DNA of 64,000 bases, from positions 56,574 to 120,573 of IMG/VR virus record IMGVR_UViG_3300046820_002137, one strand, 5' to 3'. Positions 30,101 to 39,600 of the stretch are shown one piece after another. The position numbers and the translations under genes are program-made. Numbering within the stretch: the first letter of the stretch is position 1; each line of letters starts with the position of its first letter. This DNA is from a virus. The notes under the pieces are model-generated. The model saw nothing but the letters and a program-made list of their open reading frames with translations, was not told the origin of the DNA and searched no databases.

Positions 30101-32233
30101 CATTACCGAAGGACTATCAACTATTATTTTCCAACTAATTGTTCCCTTTCTACTACTCTCTTTATATGTGAAAACAGGTTCAGGTCTTCCTAAAAAACTA
30201 GTAGGATTCCAATTCGCAGAACTACTATCGCTAAATGTTAAATCATATGGCGGAAACCACATTACTCTACCACCATTGGGTCCTTTTTCACAAGTAGGTA
30301 ATTCATCATAGGTGTATCCAGGTCTACTTGAGGTCCTCCATGCTAAATTTTCAATAGAGAACATATATTTTTTAGCGTATCCACCTTTTCCGTTGTCATC
30401 ATCTTTAATAATATTTGTAGAACCAGGATTTTTAGTTGGTGAAATATTCAAATTATATGTGTTATCAAGTACAGAATATGAAAATCTTCTACCTGATTTA
30501 GTTATACCATCAGTTTTTTGTAAATCATTATAAGCATAATATGGAGTATCCTTAGCAAAGACTCTACAGTATTCAATTCCGGCCTCAGCACCTGTTGCGT
30601 TATCAACATAAGATAATACTTGAGAACCTTTTGTTATTTCTTTGTAACCGTCATTGAATACTTTACTAACTTGATTTATTGCATTACCTACGTGTTTTAG
30701 ACGACTAATTCCTTCTACCAAATCTCCTGAATCAATTAATCTTTGAGTTTGGTCTAATATTGAATTATCTCTAAAGTTTACATTTGTTGAAGAATTTTTA
30801 GTGAAATTTGAACTAACTAAATTAAAATCTTCGTCAATTTGTCCCGCACCTCCTCCTGGTGTTGGTTTGTACCCGGCATTCTTTTTATATTTAGGAGATG
30901 TCCAAACAAATTGACCGTCAATACCTCCACCATCAGATAGGGATTTTGCTGCGAGTCCAAAATTTAATACATCTTGATTACCTTCATACAATATACCCAA
31001 TTCTGATGGACCATAAACAGGTGATGCAACTTGTTGTCCATATGGGTTAATCGGTAATTGGTTTGGTGGAGAATTTATCTGAGATGGCTCAGCGGTTCTA
31101 CCACCAACATAATATCCACCAACCAGTGTTCCATTATTTGGGTCTATTATACCTGATACAATATTAATCAGTCCTTGGACAAGGTTACCTAATAATCCTC
31201 TATCATATGCAGGACGATACCTGTTATAATCAATGTTATTAAATAATGCAGACCTTTGACCATTACCTGTATTTGCTAGAAAAATTTCAGATGGGTTTCT
31301 GGTTAGATTAAGTATAGGCCCTAAAAACCCTCCAGTTACGTTATTTAAAACATTTAACGCAATTGATGTTTGTTGAGTTTGTAATCCAAGAAACGTATTT
31401 TCATTAAAGTAATCACCCGGAATAGGTGATACAGGCCAATAAGCACCTGCCAGTCTTGTAGCAAAATCAACCGCCGCCAGTATAGGACTTTCAGGTACCG
31501 TAATTCTCCAATTTCTATAAACTAAAGGTTGTTGTCCTGTTATTAATAAACTAGCTTCAAATGGGTCTTGTAGACTCGCTAAGTTTACCGCACCAACAGT
31601 ATTTTGATAAATCTCAAGATTAATTCTTTCGATGAATAAATTTTTTAGATATTCCGCACCTAATCTAGCTATAAATGAATCTTGTGATAACGGACCCACA
31701 GAACCTTGGGGATTAGATGAAAACAGGATTTCATATGGAGAATAAAACGAAGGTACGAACGTAGGTGGGTCCCAATATGGACCAAAATACTTATTTAAAT
31801 TAGGTAAGTCTTCAGTTGAATATAAAAGAATGTATTTGTTATCAGGTATATAGGAGTTTAAATTCGCCGGTGAATACTTTTCTTCATTTAGGTAAAATGT
31901 ACTGTTTGCGGCTAAAACACTTTCGGTTAAGGGATAATAAGGTTCTCCGCTAGGTTTAACAGGTACTAACGCTCCGTTATAATTTATTGATAAATTATAA
32001 CCTCCAGATGGTCCGTATTCGTTTAAAGGGTATAATGTATTTGGATATGGTGACTGCCCAATCAAATTGTCCGGTGAGTTAATGACCGAACTATCTGTCA
32101 ATTGAGTTTCATAAGCAACATTAGATACTGGCGGAACGTATGAACCAACAACGGTGTACGGTGATAAATTTCTAGCTAAAAGTGAGTCTCTAAAAGATTG
32201 ACTAGACGCAAAGGATAAAATACTATCTGCCAT
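27188..32233 (-). CDS. large baseplate / tube-initiator-like protein (1681 aa) with OmpA-like insert
   Basis: FSDSSSANWNPTSFLGRPEPVFTY and APPVLILRIGD...PMIAKISLSF tube-initiator halves flank an FYFDD...N..NQKRSDSI...RRLRI segment. Confidence 0.6.
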   Translation of the reverse strand: MADSILSFASSQSFRDSLLARNLSPYTVVGSYVPPVSNVAYETQLTDSSVINSPDNLIGQSPYPNTLYPLNEYGPSGGYNLSINYNGALVPVKPSGEPYYPLTESVLAANSTFYLNEEKYSPANLNSYIPDNKYILLYSTEDLPNLNKYFGPYWDPPTFVPSFYSPYEILFSSNPQGSVGPLSQDSFIARLGAEYLKNLFIERINLEIYQNTVGAVNLASLQDPFEASLLITGQQPLVYRNWRITVPESPILAAVDFATRLAGAYWPVSPIPGDYFNENTFLGLQTQQTSIALNVLNNVTGGFLGPILNLTRNPSEIFLANTGNGQRSALFNNIDYNRYRPAYDRGLLGNLVQGLINIVSGIIDPNNGTLVGGYYVGGRTAEPSQINSPPNQLPINPYGQQVASPVYGPSELGILYEGNQDVLNFGLAAKSLSDGGGIDGQFVWTSPKYKKNAGYKPTPGGGAGQIDEDFNLVSSNFTKNSSTNVNFRDNSILDQTQRLIDSGDLVEGISRLKHVGNAINQVSKVFNDGYKEITKGSQVLSYVDNATGAEAGIEYCRVFAKDTPYYAYNDLQKTDGITKSGRRFSYSVLDNTYNLNISPTKNPGSTNIIKDDDNGKGGYAKKYMFSIENLAWRTSSRPGYTYDELPTCEKGPNGGRVMWFPPYDLTFSDSSSANWNPTSFLGRPEPVFTYKESSRKGTISWKIIVDSPSVMNLIVDKQLKGVAKERVDSIIDSFFAGCVKYDIYTLAQKFNTLPTKDLYTYQEILNNPQSSQEDVTNIINSIGKDSQTNTSGNYADSSTSSIVTNEPSVDDFVNKYENLSFYFDDNSPSVNGTVDSYDVLYNQYISKSSEYVSNAEQLFNEDDFNRNVNEFFDQVIKDNFSLINDGGNSMVQDAFSILTTEKKTISIVLEGGESFTVSSNFNETINQKRSDSIVEYFRNFTSGGVSLGKYIDNGSLKISFGGGSGESFTNPIAQGGVMQDTVNCTTPVEDKNGATNNGSQIYSVSVMACRRLRISTIVINDKPSDAGTIPDNLEENPGVLFNPPSSSTSEQGIVPQKPQPKDNVTIEKKLKEGISKQIVRNLLTECDYFEVIKENAPMVYDSIKEKIKYFNPAFHSMTPEGLNARLTFLNQCVRPGETIPVIGSDGKPKSNDAVNTSFGAPPVLILRIGDFYNCKIIPRELGITYESPLFDMNPEGIGVQPMIAKISLSFDMIGGHGLAKPVEQLQNALSFNYYANTEIYDERSTWTDDSWKALDKKFIDALELGEENSTVNNVDNQPTNDGGNTIGEILSTNPVESGQTGDISYQKVMDELQGSTKTYMETIPNLLEKVMLNTNHGIVQFMNKDRLYNEGGLNISTTSQVDAPIYGAPSNIDSFTKDIFDLVKSEITDRTNPIMKELDKFSWQSNVMDTITENMISYVSDLYNNFSNVLYTTSQEMVTFQQDYSRIIRKLNLVATLTDGKIGDKNLPIVYTINGTSEVSTTTTTVNPSISSTDDELWDDLNRASNTLIDYQTLLTDNKITEEPYDEVGNFIPVYDNFIGGNSVDSPEKHFFLIISRVLQDSNKRESFKNSIIKGDLVSVSDPTNLKNKFDGIVDDLAKEYTKELEYEEELYTDFKDSNDYKDFVDDLDEKMYPKGKTRKFNYTTVPGVDNATQSEDIKKLYDGQNHGPNTTYLDNAKFNF

Positions 32234-32272
32234 TTACCTGATTTAATATATAAATACCAAAGACTTATTTTT

Positions 32273-34081
32273 TTACTCTTTCTTCTTAAAGTCTTTACCC
32301 ATTTCTTCAAATATTTTATATATTCTTTCTTTAATTTCTTGAATATTAAGAGCATCCATAACTTGTTGAGTGGACATACTAGAAGGAGCGGTTACATTAA
32401 TGTTAATATCCATTTTAGACTCTTCAGAAGTTTTAACTTCGGTGGTCTTTGACTTTTCTGTTCCTGGGGTAACTTCACCTGTTTCAACTGGTTGTACAGT
32501 TTGTGCTTGGGATTTAAAATCAATTCCTGTTACATCTTTTAGTTGGGTTTTTAGTGTCTCAGGCATTTCAGTACCATATGTACTAAACAATTGTGCAAAT
32601 CCTTCAGCATTTTGATTAATAATTCCACTTTGTTCATTAGCCGTTTTAGTAATTAACTCCAATAATTTATCACCTTCCTCCGTGAAATCAAAATTACCAG
32701 CCATCATTTTTTCAAACATTGATTTTAGTTCCCCACTTGAGCTATCTATCAATTCTCTAACAGCTCCTGTACCTAAAGCCCCTCCTTCTGTTATAACATT
32801 GGTCCCTTCTCTTGTAATTTTTGTAGCACCTTTAATCATATCATCAACAAGTTTAGTACTTGCAATACCTCTGGCGGCTCTACCTTCCAATTTTTTTAGA
32901 CTAGACGCCATACTTTTTTGTAAATCTAATTGTTCAGCAGCTAAATCCTCCATAGCCTTTGGTTTTGACGATTCTATTAACTTATCAAGTTGTTCTTTAT
33001 TGTTAGTGTCCGCTAAAACATCCGCTAACTTTTGTTCTTTACCATCTACCGTAATAACATACTCACCATCTTTCATTTCCGCTAAATTAGCAACCATTTT
33101 TTGTTGCTCTTCAGACATAAAATCAGGAAATTTAATTTTCCTCATTTTATCTTCTAACTCCGCAGAACCCATTGCCATTTTTGTTAGTTCGTCATAAGCA
33201 ATACCTGTTGCTTTAGAAATCTCTCTGAGTTGTAATTTACCTTGTGGCGCAATTTCAAACTGACCTTTCTCATTTAATTGAACAAATTGTTCTGTCATTT
33301 GTACAAGTTGATTCTGTAATTCAGTAGGGTCATTAAGTGAAAGGTCCATCAATCTTAACGGGTCTAATAAGTCAGATTGTGTAACTCCTAATCGTTGTAA
33401 TGCTGACGACATCTCTATCGCTTTTTCAGGATTATATAGATTATCTGCAAAACTCAAAGTAGTCTTCATGTCAATCCTCATACTTGATGCTTGAGCTGCC
33501 ATCTTAGCTAAACCATCAACACCACCCGCAAAATTATACTTATTCATGGAATCCATGTTAGCAACCGCTTGTTCACTAACCGCCTTGACACTTAATCCTT
33601 GTTGTCGAGCCACGTCAACAATTTTTTGCATACCTTCAGCAACACCATATGCAGAAACACCAACATTTTTAAATGCCGGTAATAATTCTTTAGCTTCTTT
33701 ACCAGTTACAGTAGCTGCCGCATAAATATCTTTGTAAACATCTCCACCTAAAATAACATTTCGTCTAAGGTCAGCAGCAGCCGCTAATTGAATTTTTGTA
33801 ACATCCTCATAAGAACCACCTAAACCCAAGACCTCGGCTGAGGCATCTGCCATTGCTGCTTTTATTTGTTGAATATTCTCTCTACCTTGTCCAAAAAGAT
33901 TGGTTACTTTTGTTGCTTCAACGTCTAGTCTTTGTATTTCTTTAATTACCGTAGGAAAACTAACGTCAATCATGCTGTTGAAGGACTCCTCGATTTTTTT
34001 CCCGAATGATTTAAAATAAACATCCGCAGCCTCTACGGAGGCTTTTGATATATCATCTGTTGATGGAGTTCCGTCTTGCAT
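32273..34081 (-). CDS. tape measure protein (602 aa)
   Basis: Ala/Met/Gln-rich all-helical sequence; located between gp26-like and baseplate genes; length similar to T4 gp29. Confidence 0.75.
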   Translation of the reverse strand: MQDGTPSTDDISKASVEAADVYFKSFGKKIEESFNSMIDVSFPTVIKEIQRLDVEATKVTNLFGQGRENIQQIKAAMADASAEVLGLGGSYEDVTKIQLAAAADLRRNVILGGDVYKDIYAAATVTGKEAKELLPAFKNVGVSAYGVAEGMQKIVDVARQQGLSVKAVSEQAVANMDSMNKYNFAGGVDGLAKMAAQASSMRIDMKTTLSFADNLYNPEKAIEMSSALQRLGVTQSDLLDPLRLMDLSLNDPTELQNQLVQMTEQFVQLNEKGQFEIAPQGKLQLREISKATGIAYDELTKMAMGSAELEDKMRKIKFPDFMSEEQQKMVANLAEMKDGEYVITVDGKEQKLADVLADTNNKEQLDKLIESSKPKAMEDLAAEQLDLQKSMASSLKKLEGRAARGIASTKLVDDMIKGATKITREGTNVITEGGALGTGAVRELIDSSSGELKSMFEKMMAGNFDFTEEGDKLLELITKTANEQSGIINQNAEGFAQLFSTYGTEMPETLKTQLKDVTGIDFKSQAQTVQPVETGEVTPGTEKSKTTEVKTSEESKMDININVTAPSSMSTQQVMDALNIQEIKERIYKIFEEMGKDFKKKE

Positions 34082-34111
34082 TTTTTACAGTATTACAATA
34101 AATACCGTCTA

Positions 34112-34240
34112 TTAAGAATTTTGACTATTACCTTCATTTAATTTACCAATAATATACTTTCTTAAGTAAGTGGGCATCAATAAAAAGTCAGAATAAGACG
34201 TATTTAAATTTTTTGCGAGTACTATATACTCGTTCGCCAT
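34112..34240 (-). CDS. gp51-like baseplate hub assembly peptide (42 aa from ATG; frame open further upstream, possibly reached by +1 frameshift)
   Basis: Own translation MANEYIVLAKNLNTSYSDFLLMPTYLRKYIIGKLNEGNSQNS; S..D...MP...R.Y pattern recalls gp51 / tail chaperone C-terminal extensions. Confidence 0.65.
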   Translation of the reverse strand: MANEYIVLAKNLNTSYSDFLLMPTYLRKYIIGKLNEGNSQNS

Positions 34241-34253
34241 ATATTCTCTGTGG

Positions 34254-35009
34254 TTAGAAGAAAGGCCGAAAAAATTCAACCCCAAAAACGATATCGACTT
34301 TCGTTTCTTCTCCTGATGGGGCTATTACTCTTTTTGTTAAATCTAATGATGGAACGTTGTCCTTTAAAAAATTTCTAATGAATTTGGAATCCGCAATTGG
34401 AAGTTGTTCTACAAATATTGCAATTTTTCCTTTATCGGTATCACCATCTAATTCAACTATTTGTTTTTGTAGCTTAATAGTAACTTTAGGAGCAACTCTT
34501 CCTTGTGGATAATTTTCAATGATTCTATCAATTTCCTGTAGTTCACCAAAATTTATAGGTTTCAATTTAACTTTAGCACCTGTCTTTGGAAGTTCCACTG
34601 AAAATGTTCCGTCTTCATTTGGTCTACTTTGTCCTTGTTTTACATTTAATTCGTCTAAAACAAGTGTTTTCTCAAATAATTTACCGGTTTTAGGGTCTTC
34701 AAGTCTTACGACATACTCAGGTCCAAACGCCGTATTTCTTAAAAACAATAATATAGCTTGGATATCTTCGTCTAACAATTCCTCAGGTCTTAAATCATGT
34801 TCATAAATTTTATTTCTTAAAAGAGACATTACAACACTATCCTTATTACTTAATCCTGATAATAAAAAGTTTTCATCTGTAGCAGTCAGATAACCTACTT
34901 TTATTGATTTTTTCTTAGATTTGTAAAAAATTCCACCTGTTGGTAGTATGACCACATCATGTGGTAGAGTAAAATTTTCAGTTGCCGCGTTTAAAAGTGA
35001 AGAATCCAT
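34254..35009 (-). CDS. baseplate hub assembly chaperone, T4 gp26-like
   Basis: LPTGG..Y, LTATDE..L, D..AILLFLR..AFG..Y, ELPKTG, C-terminal GVEFF. Confidence 0.75.
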   Translation of the reverse strand: MDSSLLNAATENFTLPHDVVILPTGGIFYKSKKKSIKVGYLTATDENFLLSGLSNKDSVVMSLLRNKIYEHDLRPEELLDEDIQAILLFLRNTAFGPEYVVRLEDPKTGKLFEKTLVLDELNVKQGQSRPNEDGTFSVELPKTGAKVKLKPINFGELQEIDRIIENYPQGRVAPKVTIKLQKQIVELDGDTDKGKIAIFVEQLPIADSKFIRNFLKDNVPSLDLTKRVIAPSGEETKVDIVFGVEFFRPFF

Positions 35010-35010
35010 T

Positions 35011-35148
35011 TTATTCTTTTTTTAAATTTTCATTAGTTTGATTTTGGGAATCTTTTTTTGTATTTTTCTTATGTCGGTTAAGGAACTCCTCTTCCGTTTC
35101 AAAAACTTTCCCACAAGTATTACAAGTAAATCCAGTTTGAGTTTCCAT
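35011..35148 (-). CDS. small zinc-finger-like protein (45 aa)
   Basis: Own translation METQTGFTCNTCGKVFETEEEFLNRHKKNTKKDSQNQTNENLKKE; stop 1 nt before the next ATG. Confidence 0.6.
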   Translation of the reverse strand: METQTGFTCNTCGKVFETEEEFLNRHKKNTKKDSQNQTNENLKKE

Positions 35149-35154
35149 AATAAC

Positions 35155-35184
35155 AAAAAATCCCATATTAATAATATGGGATTT
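35155..35184 (-). terminator. terminator after tail tube gene
   Basis: aaatcccatatta-a-taatatgggattt inverted repeat with U-run on the minus strand. Confidence 0.75.
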
Positions 35185-35207
35185 ATATAATATTGTAAAG
35201 ATTTATT

Positions 35208-35696
35208 TTAGTAAACTAAAATACAACGGTCCATTCTTAAAGTAGCCTGTATAGTCGCAACTTTATCATCAGTATAACTTAATGAATCAAAGTTAACATC
35301 CGATAAAAATGTCCCCTCAAGAATCCATTTTTCAACAACTACACCTGTAGGGTCTAACATCTCAAGGTCAACATTCTTTTTATAACCCGCCGCATAACCC
35401 ATACGACCTGTTACTGATTCCGCACATAAACGAACCCATTCCATTAAAGCTTGTGATGCAGAAGGCCCTATTGGGTCTCTAAAGGTTACGTTGATTGTAC
35501 CCCACGTAAATCTTCCCGCAACATATGTTTCAGTGTTTAAGAAAGGAATGGCCACTGGAGTAATTGTAATTTTGGGTCTTGAAGTACCCTCAACAAACCA
35601 TTCATTTATACCTAATGTAGAAGGAAAACGCATAATAAATCGGTTTTTCCTTTTTGGTTCATAAGGTATGGGCATTTTCATTAGTAAATCAGCCAT
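35208..35696 (-). CDS. tail tube protein (T4 gp19-like)
   Basis: YEPKRKNRF, GRFTWGTINVTF, YKKNVDLEMLDPTG..VEKWILEG. Confidence 0.9.
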   Translation of the reverse strand: MADLLMKMPIPYEPKRKNRFIMRFPSTLGINEWFVEGTSRPKITITPVAIPFLNTETYVAGRFTWGTINVTFRDPIGPSASQALMEWVRLCAESVTGRMGYAAGYKKNVDLEMLDPTGVVVEKWILEGTFLSDVNFDSLSYTDDKVATIQATLRMDRCILVY

Positions 35697-35731
35697 CGTA
35701 TTTTTGTTTTAATTTTTTATTCTTTTTATTT

Positions 35732-35738
35732 ATAAATA
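35732..35738 (-). promoter_or_regulatory. TATTTAT putative late promoter element (tail tube; representative of 16 sites)
   Basis: Same heptamer on the coding strand 4-35 nt upstream of 16 start codons. Confidence 0.65.
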
Positions 35739-35812
35739 TCTATTAATAATTTTTTTCTCTTTACTTTTACTTTTTTAGAGATAAATTACATATTAATATT
35801 ACTAGTTAATTA

Positions 35813-36631
35813 TTAATAAGGTTTCTTTACTCCTCCTGCGGTTGAAATTGTTTTAATTATGTTGTCTGGTTTGTTTTCAAAATGACTCTTAACTTTTTCT
35901 AAATTTCTTAAATCATCATCTGAAAATCCTATTGTTGGTATAAAATTATTTGAAACTATGTTCTTGAAATACGCTTTTTTCTGAATGTGTTTTGAAATTC
36001 TTTTAACATATCCCACAAAATCATTTAAAGCTTTAATTTTACCTTCTTCGGGACTAGCAGCACTTCCTTTTCCATAAGTTACAGGATAGAATCTACACAT
36101 ATTAAGATACTCCCTAATCATGTCTTTTTTAGATGACTCACCTAAACCTTCGATTTCTCTATACTTTTCTAAATTTTTAATCAATTCATTAGAATCAATA
36201 CCCATATGATTTGAAATTATCATATTGTAAACAGATTCTTTCATAACACTTGGAGTGTGCCCTCTAGCCGTGACTATTGAAAATATCGACCCATTATTAA
36301 TGGCTTCGACAAAATCACCCCAAGCAGGTCCTGGTTTTCCAAGTAAAGAATCAATTATAAATTGTTTATCACCCTCTACACCAAAATACCTAAACGGGTT
36401 TTCTGCAAAACCAACAATTTCATGTCCATCATAATCAAACGGTTCTTTTCCAATTTTCATACGATATTCGGCAAAATCTTCTGTAGACATTCCAACCTCA
36501 TCACCATCATTATCCTTAAGTATTATTTTGGTTGGCATAACTAATATGTTATCATCCCAATCAAACGCATAATACTTCATATCAGGAGTTCCTGAATCTG
36601 TCACACCTTCGTTAATCTTTTTAAATTTCAT
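35813..36631 (-). CDS. HAD-superfamily phosphatase-like protein
   Basis: Motif I FDWDDN, motif II IVTARG, motif III K, motif IV FSDDD..N. Confidence 0.7.
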   Translation of the reverse strand: MKFKKINEGVTDSGTPDMKYYAFDWDDNILVMPTKIILKDNDGDEVGMSTEDFAEYRMKIGKEPFDYDGHEIVGFAENPFRYFGVEGDKQFIIDSLLGKPGPAWGDFVEAINNGSIFSIVTARGHTPSVMKESVYNMIISNHMGIDSNELIKNLEKYREIEGLGESSKKDMIREYLNMCRFYPVTYGKGSAASPEEGKIKALNDFVGYVKRISKHIQKKAYFKNIVSNNFIPTIGFSDDDLRNLEKVKSHFENKPDNIIKTISTAGGVKKPY

Positions 36632-36647
36632 ATTTGATTATAAATAT

Positions 36648-36678
36648 AAAGACAGACCGACTTTTGCCGGTCTGTCTT
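36648..36678 (-). terminator. terminator after tail sheath gene
   Basis: aagacagaccg-N8-cggtctgtctt inverted repeat. Confidence 0.75.
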
Positions 36679-36688
36679 ATATTAATGT

Positions 36689-39600
36689 TTAGATATTTTC
36701 AAACGAAGCTCCTGTTGGAGTTATATAGAATGTGATATCTATAAATTCAAGAGCCTTTGTTGGTTTAATATAAATTTTACCAGTCATTTGATTTCTATCT
36801 AAGTCAGCCACATCTGAAGAAACTGTTACACGGAAATCGTATAAACCTCTATCTCTTCTGATAGCGTCTAAGATTGGGTTAACGGCATCCAAGAAGTCTT
36901 GTCTAACTTTTTGGTCGTTTTGTTCAAACAACAATCTTACAGAAACCGCCGAAATCAACTTACGAGCTTGTAACAACAATCTTCTAACGTTAATTCTGTC
37001 AAGAGCTGACTGTCTAATTTGTAAAGTTTTATTACCCCAAATTACAGTTCCTACATCAGAGAAGGTTGCAATTGGGTTAATTCTACCTTGATAAAGAGTG
37101 TCTCTATCTTCTTGAGTCAGTTTCTTACGAGCCTTAATTGCATTTACAATACCACGAGTATAACCAGCAGCTGCGAACCAAGGGAACGCGATGTTATCGG
37201 TTAATGCTAAGTTTCTTGTTACCTCAGCTGTAGGTGGAATGTAAATTTGAGTGTTGTTTACACTATCACGAGTTAATACCCATGGGTAGTAAGTACATGT
37301 ATAGTTAGAATCAATACCTGTGGTATCCAAGTTATCAACCGCCTCTTGTGGATAGATTAAATCTTGGGAATCACCAAGTTGTGGAACAAACATATTATAG
37401 TCAGGAGTAGTTGTTATATACAATGAATCCGCTCTGTCATATTCCACCATTTCTATGGCTGATTCAACAAGATTTGAATGGTTAACATAATCAATACCTG
37501 GAGTAACAAATACGTTAATGTTAACAGACTCAGGATTAGAGAATGTCTTCTGTCCTAATAAATAAGCATAATAGTCGGTGTTAGCCCAGTCAACTGAATT
37601 ATCACCTACAGTTATTTGCTTAAATGCGCCCCATCCTGTTGCGTTTGGATATCTAATATCCGCACAAGCACCTTTTAAATAACCACTTCTACCTAAAATA
37701 AATCTGTCACTATTTGTTCTATACTCTCTATAGATGTCCCATCCGTCGAAACCTCCTTGACATAAGAAAGTAAATTTACGAGCATAAATTCTATAGTACG
37801 GATTCGTCTCTTCATCAGGGTCAGATGTAAATGGAGCGGCTCCAACATCAAATGCCGCGCTTCCTGAGGTTGTGTATGAATTAGGTATTGTAATTCCAGA
37901 TGCGTTTATATCCATATGGAATCCCTTAGTTTGATAATCCCAATCTGAAGCCGTTGTAGAGTTACAAACTGAAAATACCGGTAATTGTTTACCCTTATAT
38001 TGATAAAAATCTAAATCAATACCTATTGTATCTGAAATACCCAAGTAAGTTCTACGTACATTATCACCAGGACTTGCTACTGAATCATTTCCACCTGTAG
38101 CCAAACCAAATGGTGGGTCATAAATTATTTCACCTGGGTAATCGTATTTAGTCTTATATACAGGGAACGGAGGATTAATAGAATCACCATAACTTCTCAT
38201 TGTATATCCTACGAAACCACAAGGTAAAGAATCTATTGGAGCATCTTCATTAATTTCAATCATTATGTATTTAGAATTTAATGCGTATTCACCGTCTTTA
38301 GTTCCTATTTTTTTAGCAATAAATGAATTATCACTTGGGTCCATACTACAATTAGTAAATTTCTCTAAAACTACCGGATTAGCATCTGAATCAAAGAAAT
38401 CTCTAACTAATACATCAAAAGTTCCGTTATTAAATGAAATGTTCACAATAGAAATTTTAACTTCGGTGTTTGCCGCATTACCATCAGAAATTGTGGTAAA
38501 CTTAAATAAGTTATACACTTTGTTACCCCTCAATTCAGAAACAACCCATGGAGATGCGGGTGATTGATACTGGTCTAAATACCAAGCAATTGATGATGGG
38601 TCGCTATCTTGTCTTGCATTTGGTAAAGCAATTAAATCACAATTTAAACCTCTAATATAACCTTTTCTATATGCGTAGTTTAAAAGAGATTGATATCTTT
38701 CCTCTACGAATAAAGGTACTAATGTCCTTGGTTTTGCGAAATTACTAGAACCAAAAACCTTACTTATATATTTAGGGTCCGAATTTGTTAATGAAGTTTC
38801 AAAGAAGAAATTTTCTCCATCTTTATTAGTCACATTTAATCCAAAAGTTGCATATGGATTTTTACTCACACCTGAATAAGGTCCTGTACAATCCATAGAT
38901 ACATCTGTTAATCCTGAAACTTCATAAACAGGTCCATCGTCAGATGAATAAGTTGCCAAACCTCTAGAACGAAGAGTTGCGATAACTAAATTATCATACA
39001 ATACATAAGATTGACCAGACCAAGTAAAAATAGCACCGCCAACAGAACCACTATAACATGTTAAAACCGAACCAACGTTACCTGAACCTGTTGTTCCTGT
39101 TGGACTTAAAGGAGTACAAGGGTCTTGTATTGTTACTGACACAGTCCAGTTTGTTGTTACTGAAGAATCATTTGAAACTAACACATATGTTAATGAGCCG
39201 GCATCAAAGTTATTTGTTGTTACATTACTTTCTTGAGGATTACTATCTACAGTTATAGTAGTAGTACAAGAACTAAATATACTAGTTACTTGAGTTAGGT
39301 CGGCACCCGCAAATGACGCGTAGGGTAATACAACTGTAATTGTATTTGTGTTATAATTTATACTTCCTGAAATACCTGAAACTGAATAATTATAAAATGT
39401 TGCACAATTGTTTGATGTTGATGTTTGTTCTATTTGAGTCATGTAAGAATAAAAAGACGTACCTGTATAACCTGAATTACCAATACCGTCAAACAACGCA
39501 TAATACCAAGGGTCGTTATTTGAATCTGAAAGATTAATTTCTGAAGTACTTAAATAATCCAAACCAAAAACATTAGTACTGGCAGTTAAAGTTGATGCAG

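Noticed and set aside
32370-33197. Antisense ORFs in the track (32370, 32682, also 19491, 50684, 54232 and others)
   Set aside because: Shadow frames of well-supported minus-strand genes with no recognisable motifs
35697-35812. tRNA or ncRNA in intergenic gaps
   Set aside because: Gaps are short and nearly all A/T; no cloverleaf or T-loop motif seen
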